IMG/VR virus record: IMGVR_UViG_3300020441_000003
Span: 25,546-89,545 of that record
Strand: one strand, 5' to 3'
Length of the DNA: 64,000 nt
Origin: a virus
Lineage: Duplodnaviria > Caudoviricetes
How positions within the stretch are numbered: position 1 is the first letter of the stretch; each line of letters starts with the position of its first letter. Positions 28,601 to 37,642 of this stretch are shown here, one piece after another. The position numbers and the translations under genes were made by a program. The notes beneath the pieces were generated by a model. It was given only the letters and a program-made list of their open reading frames with translations. It was not told where the DNA came from and did no database searches.

Positions 28601-29399
28601 ATGTGAATTTAAGTCTGTCTGCACCTGGAGCGTTTTCGTTTGTTGTTCCTTGTGAGTTATCTAATAGTGATGTATCTGATGCTGATGTTTCTATACTCTC
28701 TACAACATTTATACCAATTCTAAATGATGGTTTACCACTATATTTTTCTAATACTAATGTTTGTGCATCTACTTTTACAAAAAACCCTCTGATGAATACA
28801 ACACCCTCATTAATATTTGCAACAGATGAACGACCAACAAAATTTGTATCTGTTGATTCACTAACAACTTTAAATTCGTTGTTGTTTGATGCGACTGATA
28901 TTCCGCCAGATGAACTTACTGTGACTTCTCTAAGTTCTTCAGCAGCTTTAAATCTTACAGATGCTTGAACTGTAGAAGAACCATCTGAACCCTCTTGTAA
29001 ATATTTAACTATAAGTGTATCGGGGTCTGTAGATGTCTGTGCTACTGTTGTTATGACCTCTGCGACTGCACCAGAACTCTCTCCTTGAATAATTTTACCT
29101 TTGAAGTCTGCAATGTATGATGATACATCTGCTGTTCCTGCGCCATTTGGGTTTGTTGCCTCTAGTTTAACAAACTCGACATCCATATCGATGTCTGTTT
29201 CGGCTCCATTTACGATAGAACCCTCTTTAAACATGTGATCACCGAATCTTTGAACTTGATTCTGTAGTAATGATTGAGATTGTGTTAATTCTCTTGCTTG
29301 AACTGGACGACCTGCTCTAAAGAGAACTTTATGGAAGTTTTTACTCTCTGAAAAGTCATCGTAATATGGTGATATGTTTAAATCTGTTTTCTGCGACAT
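22593..29399 (-). CDS. Large baseplate/structural protein (DUF4815/VrlC-like)
   Basis: MSQKTDLNISPYYDDF...VLFRAGRPVQARELTQ; DPLAETF; internal poly-Pro linker. Confidence 0.85.
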   Translation of the reverse strand: MSQKTDLNISPYYDDFSESKNFHKVLFRAGRPVQARELTQSQSLLQNQVQRFGDHMFKEGSIVNGAETDIDMDVEFVKLEATNPNGAGTADVSSYIADFKGKIIQGESSGAVAEVITTVAQTSTDPDTLIVKYLQEGSDGSSTVQASVRFKAAEELREVTVSSSGGISVASNNNEFKVVSESTDTNFVGRSSVANINEGVVFIRGFFVKVDAQTLVLEKYSGKPSFRIGINVVESIETSASDTSLLDNSQGTTNENAPGADRLKFTLTLSKFSLTDTTDTNFVELGRVNAGVIELEINRPIYGHIEQALARRTFDANGDFVVRQFTSSFREHLIDGFNRGFYESFQGGDESKVVMQISPGKAYVKGFDVTKDGTTNLNINKARTTESLSNANTPARLGNKLRLQNVHGLPEFGDSTTMTSYKPIKLLDTVIDQSDASTRNTIPNTHIGFARVRCIDEQSSTLSNLYLFDIKMFTKISITIGDANEFKPGDKVTGIVDTGTSAGGSGATGIVAYSDHSNNFVMLHDVVGTFTTADALEVKGVGDYSSTTVNPTAIRTYNIEDARGVGQEPSTASSADKNFTATIPTDSVKIISGATVLSSSGALTGTGTAFLNELRPGDIIVDGNGAEQVINTVTDNSNAQTVASPGSNGVIANPGAGLIRKRAKLYNQDQSASIFAWPRDYVKTHTGTETTVKIQKEFQVSASGTITLTKQSNESFEPVNNDNYQFAIMNATASPSSGRIDGAVFHADDVTFAAASGNNRAVTIGTSADENAIVRASYTVSVNSPTAKSKDLREYRALRVMKSDAQTNFYGTAYDHKEISLGVSDIFKIRGIFEAVPGTTTTDSSESVEVATPPNAVFNVSSGTFGAGNIVKGQTTGVRAKLIDTVVDDTTAFFYYLGNAKFTAGETVVDETSGAVATLTSIGTSSPDIKNRYFLDNGQRDGYYDLGKLILKTGEPTPNNPITILFDYFVGGSGDYYDVSSYSGVDYDEIPIFSPNKVDAGGFEPDGTFELADTVDYRPSVGQIFGSSTFGQSSTDFDIQNTINLSDHSSAGHLVSPFAYESRSFEASLSSPSITTTRASFSRCPLPTSMTKGNISFYVPRIDKIFLHKSGSFQLAQGVPSITPRKPAAIDDAIEMFELFVPPFTKNANEIRSRSRDYRRFTMSDIGKINQRVTNLERVTALSLLEKDTQTLQVLDADGLDRFKSGFLVDNFRGHKVGDVTHPDYNVAIDTKLGHLRPKNYTQFFDISLNTAQSSGYQKTGDLITLPFSEISYVNQNKASRHINVNPYHVFAFIGNVKLTPETDIWNDHEQLPDVRINREGNFDAVLAENENSLGTVWNEWQTTWVGEPQVVETESVAAVPGSWSGDPAQGGEWTQGTTITREITDTPEIQSRTGVRTSVVEDFVETRNDRVVSVSVIPFIRSREIKIDATNLKPNTNHFIYFDGIRVDQFVRPDNANYSQDSGTTVTSGVKTDGNGRVICHFNIPNDDNQRFPTGQRQVLVTSSATNLNNPDSRASSNYQAQGLLNTSQTEIVSTRNGRVIMERLSGERQIMRRGERLNIESDGSLPPTPPPPPPAPPPPPPPPPPPPTPALTPNPPPPPPPAPTPAPTPAPTPAPTPVPLPVQPPVPPFDRFVAPDDERVFRAERTNEGWMDPLAETFLVEADGGMMLTSIDLFFKSKDASLPVSVEIRDVVNGYPGKVTLPFSIVTKNPGDVNISEDGSVATTFSFESPVYLEEGKEMCFVVYSNSNNYECFISRMGEVDLITGQVISGQPYAGSLFTSQNASTWSAEQMDDLKFHMKIAKFTTNVAGNVIFENEHLPANLIKENSVEVYSNQSFARFYSYSHGNYSTNSNVVISGVAGDKTNGVLTVSVPSTALGSNSTTFNVSAKTQTHSNSSGNPNGGCVIQTITTDASGNATSATISNPGQGYAANETITVADVNGSGTAVSLTIASVGDTLGGLPVSALNQVFNSINHYDIDSFCVTPDLSSFHLSYTNAIQSTIGGGSSVFVTNNLYYDVLHTMIPSLTFKDCDLIPSVRRTGMNSPESSSLDTAYLMRSTNDFITLNDNNFFERPSVIASSVNEVNEVSGGPTTKSLECRLQLITANPNISPIIDTGTIGALGIMNRINDIDVSGDVSTGRAYTPSTEPDGDNNEFVYITRKVALKNPASSIKVIADNFRPPDTDLKFMFKILKNDETTPIDDLGFEFFNTDGSPDIALEQDARNFKEYEYTADGLAEFTAFQIKIVGQAQNTSIVPLVSALRCMALA
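24511..24698 (-). repeat. Poly-proline / (PT-PA)n low-complexity GC-rich insert
   Basis: Encodes PPTPPPPPPAPPPPPPPPPPPPTPALTPNPPPPPPPAPTPAPTPAPTPAPTPVPLPVQPPVPP. Confidence 0.95.
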
Positions 29400-29417
29400 A
29401 TTTTAATCTTTTAGTTG

Positions 29418-29433
29418 TGGGTCCGAAGACCCA
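29418..29433 (-). promoter_or_regulatory. C(UUCG)G tetraloop hairpin between gp8 and the DUF4815 gene
   Basis: Minus strand TGGGTC-TTCG-GACCCA; no U-tract follows. Confidence 0.75.
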
Positions 29434-29437
29434 TTAA

Positions 29438-30928
29438 TTACATTTCAATAATCAGTTTGATGTCTTCAATCTGATCAGCGGCTCTTGATACTGCACCTCT
29501 ATTCTCAACATAGAGAATTTGTCCAGTAAATCTAGTCATCTCTGGATGTGCAGATGATACACCTGATGAACTCACATCAACACTTGTATCTGAACCATCT
29601 TTAAATATACTATTCGAGTTTGCAAAATTGACATACTCACCACCTGAGTTTACAACTGGTAATAGTTTTAAAACATTGCCTGTTTTAGATACTATTCTTG
29701 CTTTTGCAGTTGTAGCTGACTCTGAAGCTGCGTTTGTAATTACATCATCTACAGTTAAACTTGTTGCATTGTCAACTGTGACTTGATTAGTTGCAGTCAA
29801 CGAAGCTTCTGTAGATATTGTTGAATCAGATGATTGAACTGGATTCTTAATTAATCCTATTCTTCTAAAATCATTATCTGTTGGGAAATCACCTGAACCC
29901 TCACCAAACTCTAATCTAGAGTTTACTATTACATAATTACCGCCTAATTCTTCAAGCGGGTTTGCACCATGTCCGTTGATTGGTGATATAATAGGTTTAA
30001 ATGTTGCACCTGTTCCAGCAGTTAAACCTGATAATGCAGATGCTAATGTTGGATGAGATGCTCTTTTATAACCTGAACCGAATGAACTTGTATCTTTTCT
30101 CTGAACTCTTTTCAGAGCACCACTTTCAAATGATAATGTTGCAACAGCACCCGAACCGTCTCCTTCAATATTGACATCAAAGTCAAAAGTTCCAGATGAA
30201 CCATTATTATATCCTGAACCGGCAGCTGTCACGACATAATGATAGATTGCACCATCAACGGAGCCATTTTCTACATCCCACTGAGCAGAACTATCGTCTG
30301 TTGCAGTTGAACCAAATTGTCCGTTTGTACCTGAACCTGCAACTCCTGATTTTGCACCTATTGTTTTTACTGGTATAAAATCATTTGTCACAAATTTAAT
30401 AACATCTGATGCGCCTATTGAATACATAAATTTCCACATATAACCATGAGTTGCACCTGTATCTGATGTAATTTGTGGTATTGTTGATGAAGTAGTATCA
30501 GGCTTTACAGTTGAATTTACAGCAACACCACTAGAATTTACTCCTGTTCTTAAACACTTGTATACTCTAAAGTCTTCTGTAATTACATAACCTCTTGCAT
30601 CAAAAAAGTTTGATGCGCCTGTCACATTTGATGTATTAGTTGATGAGTAATCATCTCTATATTCATCATACTTTGTGCTGTGTGTTGAATCCCAATTGTA
30701 TCTTACTAGACCATGTGAAACATCTGTTGATGCCACTTTTTTAAGTGCAATCATATCTTCGTATGCACTTATCTCTTCGCTCTCTGAATTAGCAGGAGCA
30801 GGTGGGTTATTATCGTCTGTCCACGAATGTGGTCTGCCAATGAAGACATATTGCGACTCTTCGGTAAAGTCTTCTATGAACTGCCTTGCATTGTGCGTTC
30901 TAAATTTTTCTGTTATTATAGCTGCCAT
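29438..30928 (-). CDS. gp8: Baseplate wedge subunit
   Basis: MAAIITEKFR..NA..F; YVFIGRP..W; YMWKFMY; GHG..P.EELG..YVIVN; IEDIKLIIEM. Confidence 0.92.
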   Translation of the reverse strand: MAAIITEKFRTHNARQFIEDFTEESQYVFIGRPHSWTDDNNPPAPANSESEEISAYEDMIALKKVASTDVSHGLVRYNWDSTHSTKYDEYRDDYSSTNTSNVTGASNFFDARGYVITEDFRVYKCLRTGVNSSGVAVNSTVKPDTTSSTIPQITSDTGATHGYMWKFMYSIGASDVIKFVTNDFIPVKTIGAKSGVAGSGTNGQFGSTATDDSSAQWDVENGSVDGAIYHYVVTAAGSGYNNGSSGTFDFDVNIEGDGSGAVATLSFESGALKRVQRKDTSSFGSGYKRASHPTLASALSGLTAGTGATFKPIISPINGHGANPLEELGGNYVIVNSRLEFGEGSGDFPTDNDFRRIGLIKNPVQSSDSTISTEASLTATNQVTVDNATSLTVDDVITNAASESATTAKARIVSKTGNVLKLLPVVNSGGEYVNFANSNSIFKDGSDTSVDVSSSGVSSAHPEMTRFTGQILYVENRGAVSRAADQIEDIKLIIEM

Positions 30929-30958
30929 TTTTTTAACTCTCCAGTTATCTTATTAAAC

Positions 30959-30966
30959 TATTTATA
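30959..30966 (-). promoter_or_regulatory. Late promoter TATAAATA
   Basis: Exact consensus upstream of gp8. Confidence 0.78.
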
Positions 30967-33900
30967 AGGATTGTAGAGTAGAATTGGTAACATTTGATGA
31001 ATTAACATACGAACTAAACCCTATGTTTGTTCTTTTTCTTGTTAAATCATCTAAATCGTTGACATAGGTATTTCCTAGCAACGAATCCAATTGACTAATA
31101 TTCAATCCGTCTTCTTTTGATTCTTCTGATAATATCGCACTGATACCATCTTCCATTAAAATCTTATCTTCGTCATTTGTATCAGATGTCTCATCTAAAA
31201 GATAGTAAGAAATCTTATAACAATTTTGGAATGCGATCTTATTTAGTGTTCTAAAAGTAGGTCCTATTGGCACAAATGTATGCACACTTTCACCTGCATC
31301 TTCTTTTAATACTGCATCACCATCTTCCATGACGACTCTATCTCCGTCTTCATGATATACAAATGGATTTGATAATTCTATTGTTCTTTCTGTGACAAAA
31401 TACTCTCTCTCTTCTGGAACTGTGTCATCTTCTAATAGTGTAGTGCCACTGCCATCTTCTAGAAGTATTTTATGTCCGTGTAAATCTCTATCGAATGGTT
31501 CTTGTCTTAAAAAGTTTAATGGTTCTTCGTTTAGTATTTTAAAACCGTCTTCAAATATTAATAATTCTTCTTCGGGATTGTATAATTGAAATACTAATCC
31601 TGAATCTGATGGTCTTACTGCAACTGCACCTCTATCTACACCACCAGTCAAGTCTGGAATATAGTAATCATTTTCTTTGTCGACAATATTTGATACACTC
31701 AATGCACCATCTCTTCTAGGAGATTTTTGTATGACCGCATTGAATGTTGCTGTTGTAGGAAAATTATTGCCTGATACTCTTGTTGATATAATAGATTGTG
31801 AATCACTATCAATAAATTTTCTAACAGATAAAACATTGACATGGTGTGCATCTTTTATTGTTTCGCCACCAATTTTTGTATTTGTTATAGCATGTTTCAA
31901 GTCGTTTATAAGTTTTAAACCACCATCTACTTCTGTTTTTGTTGTTAAAATTAAGAATACTCTTTCTCTATTTGTTATTGCAACATTGTCTCTTGATTCT
32001 TCATTTTCTAGGAGATCACCAGTTTCTAATAATACTCTGACTGGCGCATCTCTTGTTGATTCTTCAAACAACATATTGTTTGTTGGGAAAGATGGTATAA
32101 CAATAGTAGGCACAAAATTTGTAGATATGATACCTAACTGGTTATCTGAGTCAACTTCAAATCGACCACCTAAACTAGAACTTAATATTTGTGATTTAAC
32201 TGCAACTTCACCAAAGAATACATGACCTGCTGGGTGAACTAACTCTTTTAGTATACCTCTATATTTGTTTATTGATTGACCAACTTTAACTACATAACTG
32301 TGACTCTGATAAAACTTACTATCTTGTATGTGTGCATTCTCTCCTGATACGAAACCTTGGTCGCTTAAGAAATTATCATTTAATAATCCTTCACCTGCAA
32401 CTTTACCTCTTGCAGTGTAATTATCATTCTTTAAAATTTTAAATGTATCTGAACTATTATATGTGACTGTTTCATTATCTCTAAATTGACCATTTAGACT
32501 TGTATATTTTAGTATTTGTCTTTGACTGTCATATGACTGAACTAAAGCAGTAGTTCCTGATTTAGAACCAGTAATTGTCAAACCTTTTGTAGGTGTTGCA
32601 GATGGTCCTGTTATTAACATATTATGAAATGATGTATTACCAATAATCGCATCGCCGTCAAAATTATATCCTTGATCTGAGATTGTTAGTTTTTCAACTG
32701 CACCAATTTGTGATGACCATGCAAATATCTTGGCACCTGTTCCGCTTGAAACTTTTGCAAGCGTGTTTGTTCTTACAGTTGTTGATACTGAACCTGTAAT
32801 AGATTCAGCTGTTTGAAAAACACCTGTGTTTGCATTCGTTCTTCTAATCACAAGTCTATTAGATTCTATTCTTAATATTATACCAGTTGCGTTTGAAGTT
32901 CCACCTGTGACTGTCTCACCAACTTGATATCCTGATGTATCGCTAAAATAAAGATAACCACCTGGAAATGCAGTTGGTAATTTTTCATAACCTACACCAG
33001 GGTTTGTAATCTGAACATTTCTAATTCTTTGGTCTGTAGAAACTGTTGAATTATCTTTGTTAATATATGAACTTAATAAGATAGGTTCATCGTCTTCGTA
33101 TATTAATCTACTCTTGTCTGAAAATATTTCTACTCTATCACCATTTGATAAATTTGGGTTTGTAGTAAATGTTATGCCGTCTAATGCAAATGAAAATGTA
33201 TTCTCTGCTTGTGCAACACCATTGATATGAACTTCTACATTACCTGCTGGTGATAGTGCAACTGGTTTACCATGTAAATCTCTATTTGCTTGACCATCTG
33301 TGATACCACCAAATACTGTTTGATTTGCTGTTGCAGAAAACTCATATTGTTCTGTAGCAAGTGCATCTTCTAATATTAATTCGTCACCAGTTGAACCAAT
33401 GACTGCCTCTGCACCATTACCACCTGTTGCACTGTCATCAAATACAACTATATCACCTGCATCATAATTTTGACCTGCACTTTCAATGTAAACTTTTTCT
33501 ATACCACCTCTTGATAGTCCAGTGACATTTGAACTTGCTGTAATTGCATCTGTATCTGTTTTACCACCTGAAAAAGTTATTAAGTCTTGTATATCATACA
33601 TCGAACCGAAAGATGTTTTCTCTAATAATAAACCATTTCCGTCTTCGTCTAATATATCGCCACTATCATCTTCTTGTGATAGATATACAGAACCGTTAGA
33701 GTTATCGACTGTTGATACGATACCTAAAACTGTTGCAGTATTTTCTGATACACCATCTCTATCTACGAATGTGACTAATCTGTTAAATTCAAATTCACCT
33801 CTATGTAAATAAGATATTGAAATTGAATATATGTCATTTGATTGATCTATAATTGTGACACTTTCTACTACTGCTTCTGCTGAAACTAATGTAGGTGTTG

Positions 33901-34738
33901 ATACATCAAATTGTTTTATTTTATCTGTTGCAACAGGCAATTTATCAGCGACAGTCATCTTAACTGTCATTCTTCTTTCTTCGCTAAATTTTGAATCAGA
34001 TAATACTACTGTTTCATCTACAGGATATTTTATCTCTGCATCTTCACCATACAGAAGTCTCATTAAAAATTTAACTGAGTCTGCGGTACCTTTTTGTTTG
34101 TATAGTGAACCTATATTTTTTAATGTTAATCTAGGATTTTGTGTTGTTCTTAAATCTAGAGACGGTATGAAATCTTTTTGAAAGTAAGATAAAAATGTCT
34201 CTAGTGTTTGGTCTATATCTGAATAATCTAATAGTCTATTGTTTGCGACAACACTATTCTCTTTGTATGTCTTAATTACACCAGTTTGATTTCCATCTCT
34301 TCCTACTATTGATTCGCCTGATGCAAATCCTGTGCCAGATATAGAGTCTACTATAAGTGTATTGCCGTTTATGACTTTAATTTTTGCAAGTGAACCGTTT
34401 GTCTGTCCGAAAACATATTCACCTATTTGGAATGGTTCTAATTCTTGACCGCTATTATTTTGTTGTGCGACTAAAAGTTTAGAACTATCTTTATCTGGTG
34501 AGGCGGGATTGGTACCTGCTTCTAATAACAAACTAGCTGCTATTTCAGAGGTACCATCCTCTAACCTTATGCCCTCTAATTCTGATTTAGATTCGAGAAC
34601 AATAATTTCTGATTCTAGGAACTCGAAATACGCTTGTAAAAATGATTCAAATATCGGAGCCTCATCTTGTATCCATTCTGGAAGAAGACTAGGTAATCTT
34701 GTCGATAGTCGATCTACAATGTGTTTTTCGTGTGCCAT
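30962..34738 (-). CDS. gp7: Baseplate wedge initiator
   Basis: LPEWIQDEAP.F..FL.AYFEFLE; LYKQKGT..S.KFL.RLLYG; DSKFYQSHSYV; LVHPAGH; acidic LxEDG repeats. Confidence 0.82.
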   Translation of the reverse strand: MAHEKHIVDRLSTRLPSLLPEWIQDEAPIFESFLQAYFEFLESEIIVLESKSELEGIRLEDGTSEIAASLLLEAGTNPASPDKDSSKLLVAQQNNSGQELEPFQIGEYVFGQTNGSLAKIKVINGNTLIVDSISGTGFASGESIVGRDGNQTGVIKTYKENSVVANNRLLDYSDIDQTLETFLSYFQKDFIPSLDLRTTQNPRLTLKNIGSLYKQKGTADSVKFLMRLLYGEDAEIKYPVDETVVLSDSKFSEERRMTVKMTVADKLPVATDKIKQFDVSTPTLVSAEAVVESVTIIDQSNDIYSISISYLHRGEFEFNRLVTFVDRDGVSENTATVLGIVSTVDNSNGSVYLSQEDDSGDILDEDGNGLLLEKTSFGSMYDIQDLITFSGGKTDTDAITASSNVTGLSRGGIEKVYIESAGQNYDAGDIVVFDDSATGGNGAEAVIGSTGDELILEDALATEQYEFSATANQTVFGGITDGQANRDLHGKPVALSPAGNVEVHINGVAQAENTFSFALDGITFTTNPNLSNGDRVEIFSDKSRLIYEDDEPILLSSYINKDNSTVSTDQRIRNVQITNPGVGYEKLPTAFPGGYLYFSDTSGYQVGETVTGGTSNATGIILRIESNRLVIRRTNANTGVFQTAESITGSVSTTVRTNTLAKVSSGTGAKIFAWSSQIGAVEKLTISDQGYNFDGDAIIGNTSFHNMLITGPSATPTKGLTITGSKSGTTALVQSYDSQRQILKYTSLNGQFRDNETVTYNSSDTFKILKNDNYTARGKVAGEGLLNDNFLSDQGFVSGENAHIQDSKFYQSHSYVVKVGQSINKYRGILKELVHPAGHVFFGEVAVKSQILSSSLGGRFEVDSDNQLGIISTNFVPTIVIPSFPTNNMLFEESTRDAPVRVLLETGDLLENEESRDNVAITNRERVFLILTTKTEVDGGLKLINDLKHAITNTKIGGETIKDAHHVNVLSVRKFIDSDSQSIISTRVSGNNFPTTATFNAVIQKSPRRDGALSVSNIVDKENDYYIPDLTGGVDRGAVAVRPSDSGLVFQLYNPEEELLIFEDGFKILNEEPLNFLRQEPFDRDLHGHKILLEDGSGTTLLEDDTVPEEREYFVTERTIELSNPFVYHEDGDRVVMEDGDAVLKEDAGESVHTFVPIGPTFRTLNKIAFQNCYKISYYLLDETSDTNDEDKILMEDGISAILSEESKEDGLNISQLDSLLGNTYVNDLDDLTRKRTNIGFSSYVNSSNVTNSTLQSL

Positions 34739-34752
34739 ATTTTAATCAGTTA

Positions 34753-35244
34753 TTATACACCTGATACTGATGAACCTGTACCTAATATACTAATTGGGTA
34801 CCAAACTAATGAACCCTCAGCACCTAGAGCGATACAGACTACTGCACCACCTGTTTCTAGAACGATGTCATTACTAGATGAACCATCTGTCCATGAGGTT
34901 ACATTAATTATCAAGTCATCAGAATCATTATCGTCTTTTCTTACGATGATTTTTAACTGACCAACAGATGATGCATTCGCCAATGTCATAGTGACATTAC
35001 CAGATGTGCCTGTTAAATCAATTAATGATACTGCTTTTGTTGCACTGACAGCTGATGCAGTCTCATCTAAAGACTCAACATCATCCAATGCTACATAAGT
35101 TGGTATATTGTTAAACAATCTACTCAAACTCATTTTCTTATTGACTGGAGAGCCTGATGGATTGTCAACGATGTGTAGTAAATCTACTGCATTAACATCA
35201 CCAGCTGCTATCTCAGACAACGCTGTTATTTTCTTATCTGCCAT
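34753..35244 (-). CDS. Virion structural protein with MADKKITAL N-terminus
   Basis: Strong SD (AGGAGG); beta-rich C-terminal domain. Confidence 0.65.
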   Translation of the reverse strand: MADKKITALSEIAAGDVNAVDLLHIVDNPSGSPVNKKMSLSRLFNNIPTYVALDDVESLDETASAVSATKAVSLIDLTGTSGNVTMTLANASSVGQLKIIVRKDDNDSDDLIINVTSWTDGSSSNDIVLETGGAVVCIALGAEGSLVWYPISILGTGSSVSGV

Positions 35245-35315
35245 TCTATTTTCCTCCTGTAATCCAATTGAATGGGAAACTACTCATGGTAAATGCCATG
35301 ACCACTTTACTCATA

Positions 35316-37187
35316 TTAATAACTAGAACTAGATGTAGATGTATAACCTACACCAGCGCTACTCTCACCACTTGTAATGGTGTCTATTTCACCTGATGTC
35401 TTTATGTCATCGATGCTGATGTCAATCAAAGAACCTCTGATTGCAACTACATCGTCACTTGAAGGTATCACGGTGTAATCGATTGATGTATCATTGTTTA
35501 CAGTTGAAGTAAACTTAATGGCATTAATCGAAACTTTACCACTGGTATAATCTATGGTACCAGCAGATTGATCTGCGATGACTCTTGTAGTTCCTGATAG
35601 TGAGTATCTTCTCACATTACCTGAACCATCGTCATCAAAAAAGTATGTGTTGACTGTATCGCCGTCAACTTTAAAACCTGTTGTTGAAAGAATACCACCT
35701 GAGTCTTTGTTATGACCATCGTGTGGGTGGAAGAAACCATTACCGAAGTTAATTACTAATCCTTCTGATTTATTTAATGTAATAGTTTTTTTCTTTTTCA
35801 ATCTTATATTTGTTATGTTAGATATGATAGATGTATCAGTATCGTCAATTGACTTGACAAGATTTGAATGTCTGAATATACTATCAAAGTTGTTTAAATT
35901 TGTATTATCAAAATTTACAATTGTGTTCTTTACCAATGCTTCTAGTTCGCCTTTTGATAATGTTGTTTCGTTTTCGTTGTATTTGAATATTGATGTAATT
36001 AAAATCTTTACTATCTCTGCATCTACTATCTCAGGTCTTACAGTCAACATGTTTAACTGATTTAGTTTACCTTGCACCTCTGATTTTTCTATTTCAGAAA
36101 GATAATCTGAGTTTTGTGGTTTGAGAGAGATGAATACTTTACCGTATTGTGGTGGGTCATTGTCTTCACCGCCCCACACTGCAACTGCATCTGCGTTAGG
36201 ATAGTATTCACTTACTTTTGCCTTATAGTCATTGAGTGTGACTAATCTGTTTTGTGATGTATAGAATTTTGTTGCTTTAAATTTAATTGAGTCTATACTT
36301 TCTTTTTCTGCACCACCATTTGCAGGCGTAGATGTTGTTATCAAGACATTTGTAAATCCGTTGATTGCATCTGCCATTGTAAATGACTTTGCACCATCAG
36401 CATGTATATCATCTACAATGATATATGTCACACTAATTTGGTCGCCGTCTAAAAGACCTTGACCTAAAACACCATCACCAAAATATATCTCTATGAATCC
36501 TTCTTCGTTTTCTTGCGTATAAAATACTTTAGTTGAACTTGTTATTGTTGATACATCTGTAGACAATGTATACTTACTAGTAGAACCATCTGAATTTACA
36601 GATACTTCTAAAGTTGATTTATCAACTCTTGCGTTTGACAAAACAAATTTAGCGTTTTTAATTTGATTGTCAAATATGTATTGATCTGTTGAATATTGAC
36701 CTTGTGAAATATTTACATTTGAATATGTAAAATCCATGTTATCTCTAATTGGTGTGACACTATCAACACAAACAAAATTATATGACACACCATCATATAC
36801 AGTTGTGAAGTTATGACCTCTTGGCAAAATCATGTCATTTTCAGTAGGTATTGTCTGATCTGCATTTCTTATATTTGATGCTTTAATATCTACGACTGCA
36901 CTCGAAGTTTTTTCAGATGCAGGAACAAAACCTAAATCTTTTGCACGAGATACTACATTCTTTCTGATCTGAGCAGAATCTAAGAACATCTCTGAAGCAG
37001 CTATATTGGTGTTTAAAGCACCTATATGTGATGCATATGCCATCATATCTACTAAGACATTGATATTTGAACCCTCAAAATCATAGTCTTTAAAAATAGT
37101 CTGACCTTTTAAATATGATTTTAGATTTTCTGCTATATCATTAAAATCTAAATCTGTTGTGTTTATTAGTGAACTTTTTGTTGACAT
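35316..37187 (-). CDS. gp6: Baseplate wedge subunit
   Basis: LDFNDI...DYDFEGS...EMFLDSAQIR..VVSRAK.LG; QNRLVT..DY; WGGEDNDPPQYGKVFIS. Confidence 0.95.
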   Translation of the reverse strand: MSTKSSLINTTDLDFNDIAENLKSYLKGQTIFKDYDFEGSNINVLVDMMAYASHIGALNTNIAASEMFLDSAQIRKNVVSRAKDLGFVPASEKTSSAVVDIKASNIRNADQTIPTENDMILPRGHNFTTVYDGVSYNFVCVDSVTPIRDNMDFTYSNVNISQGQYSTDQYIFDNQIKNAKFVLSNARVDKSTLEVSVNSDGSTSKYTLSTDVSTITSSTKVFYTQENEEGFIEIYFGDGVLGQGLLDGDQISVTYIIVDDIHADGAKSFTMADAINGFTNVLITTSTPANGGAEKESIDSIKFKATKFYTSQNRLVTLNDYKAKVSEYYPNADAVAVWGGEDNDPPQYGKVFISLKPQNSDYLSEIEKSEVQGKLNQLNMLTVRPEIVDAEIVKILITSIFKYNENETTLSKGELEALVKNTIVNFDNTNLNNFDSIFRHSNLVKSIDDTDTSIISNITNIRLKKKKTITLNKSEGLVINFGNGFFHPHDGHNKDSGGILSTTGFKVDGDTVNTYFFDDDGSGNVRRYSLSGTTRVIADQSAGTIDYTSGKVSINAIKFTSTVNNDTSIDYTVIPSSDDVVAIRGSLIDISIDDIKTSGEIDTITSGESSAGVGYTSTSSSSY

Positions 37188-37618
37188 TACCTTACCCTAC
37201 TTACTTTGAAACTTATATCTTGTGCCTCTGAGACATTTTGCATTGTGAAAAAGATTGTGACATCTAATGCATTTCTTAAAATAGCATCATCACTAATTCT
37301 TAGTTCTAGACTTTCTATTCTAGGTTCGAGTCGCATAATAGACTGAGTTATTAATTGAGAAGTTCTATCACCTAACTCACCGTCTCTGAGTTCAAATAAT
37401 CTGGTTCTTAAATTAGAACCGAAATTTGGTTTAAAAGGTCTTTCGTAATGATTAGTTAAAACTATATTTTTTAAAGACCTTTTTACAGCATCTACATCTC
37501 TTTTTACAGTTATATCTTCCGTTATTGGATGTCTCTCGAAAGATATATCTATATCTGTATAGATGTCCTTTGTTGCAACATTTTTAGCGTTTGGTTTTAT
37601 ATAATCTCTGGATGCCAT
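37187..37618 (-). CDS. gp25: Baseplate wedge / sheath-initiator
   Basis: DVDAVKRSLKNIVLTNHYERPFKPNFGSNL...EPRI. Confidence 0.92.
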   Translation of the reverse strand: MASRDYIKPNAKNVATKDIYTDIDISFERHPITEDITVKRDVDAVKRSLKNIVLTNHYERPFKPNFGSNLRTRLFELRDGELGDRTSQLITQSIMRLEPRIESLELRISDDAILRNALDVTIFFTMQNVSEAQDISFKVSRVR

Positions 37619-37623
37619 TTAAC

Positions 37624-37631
37624 TATTTATA
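37624..37631 (-). promoter_or_regulatory. Late promoter TATAAATA
   Basis: Exact consensus immediately upstream of gp25. Confidence 0.8.
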
Positions 37632-37642
37632 CACCTTTTACA

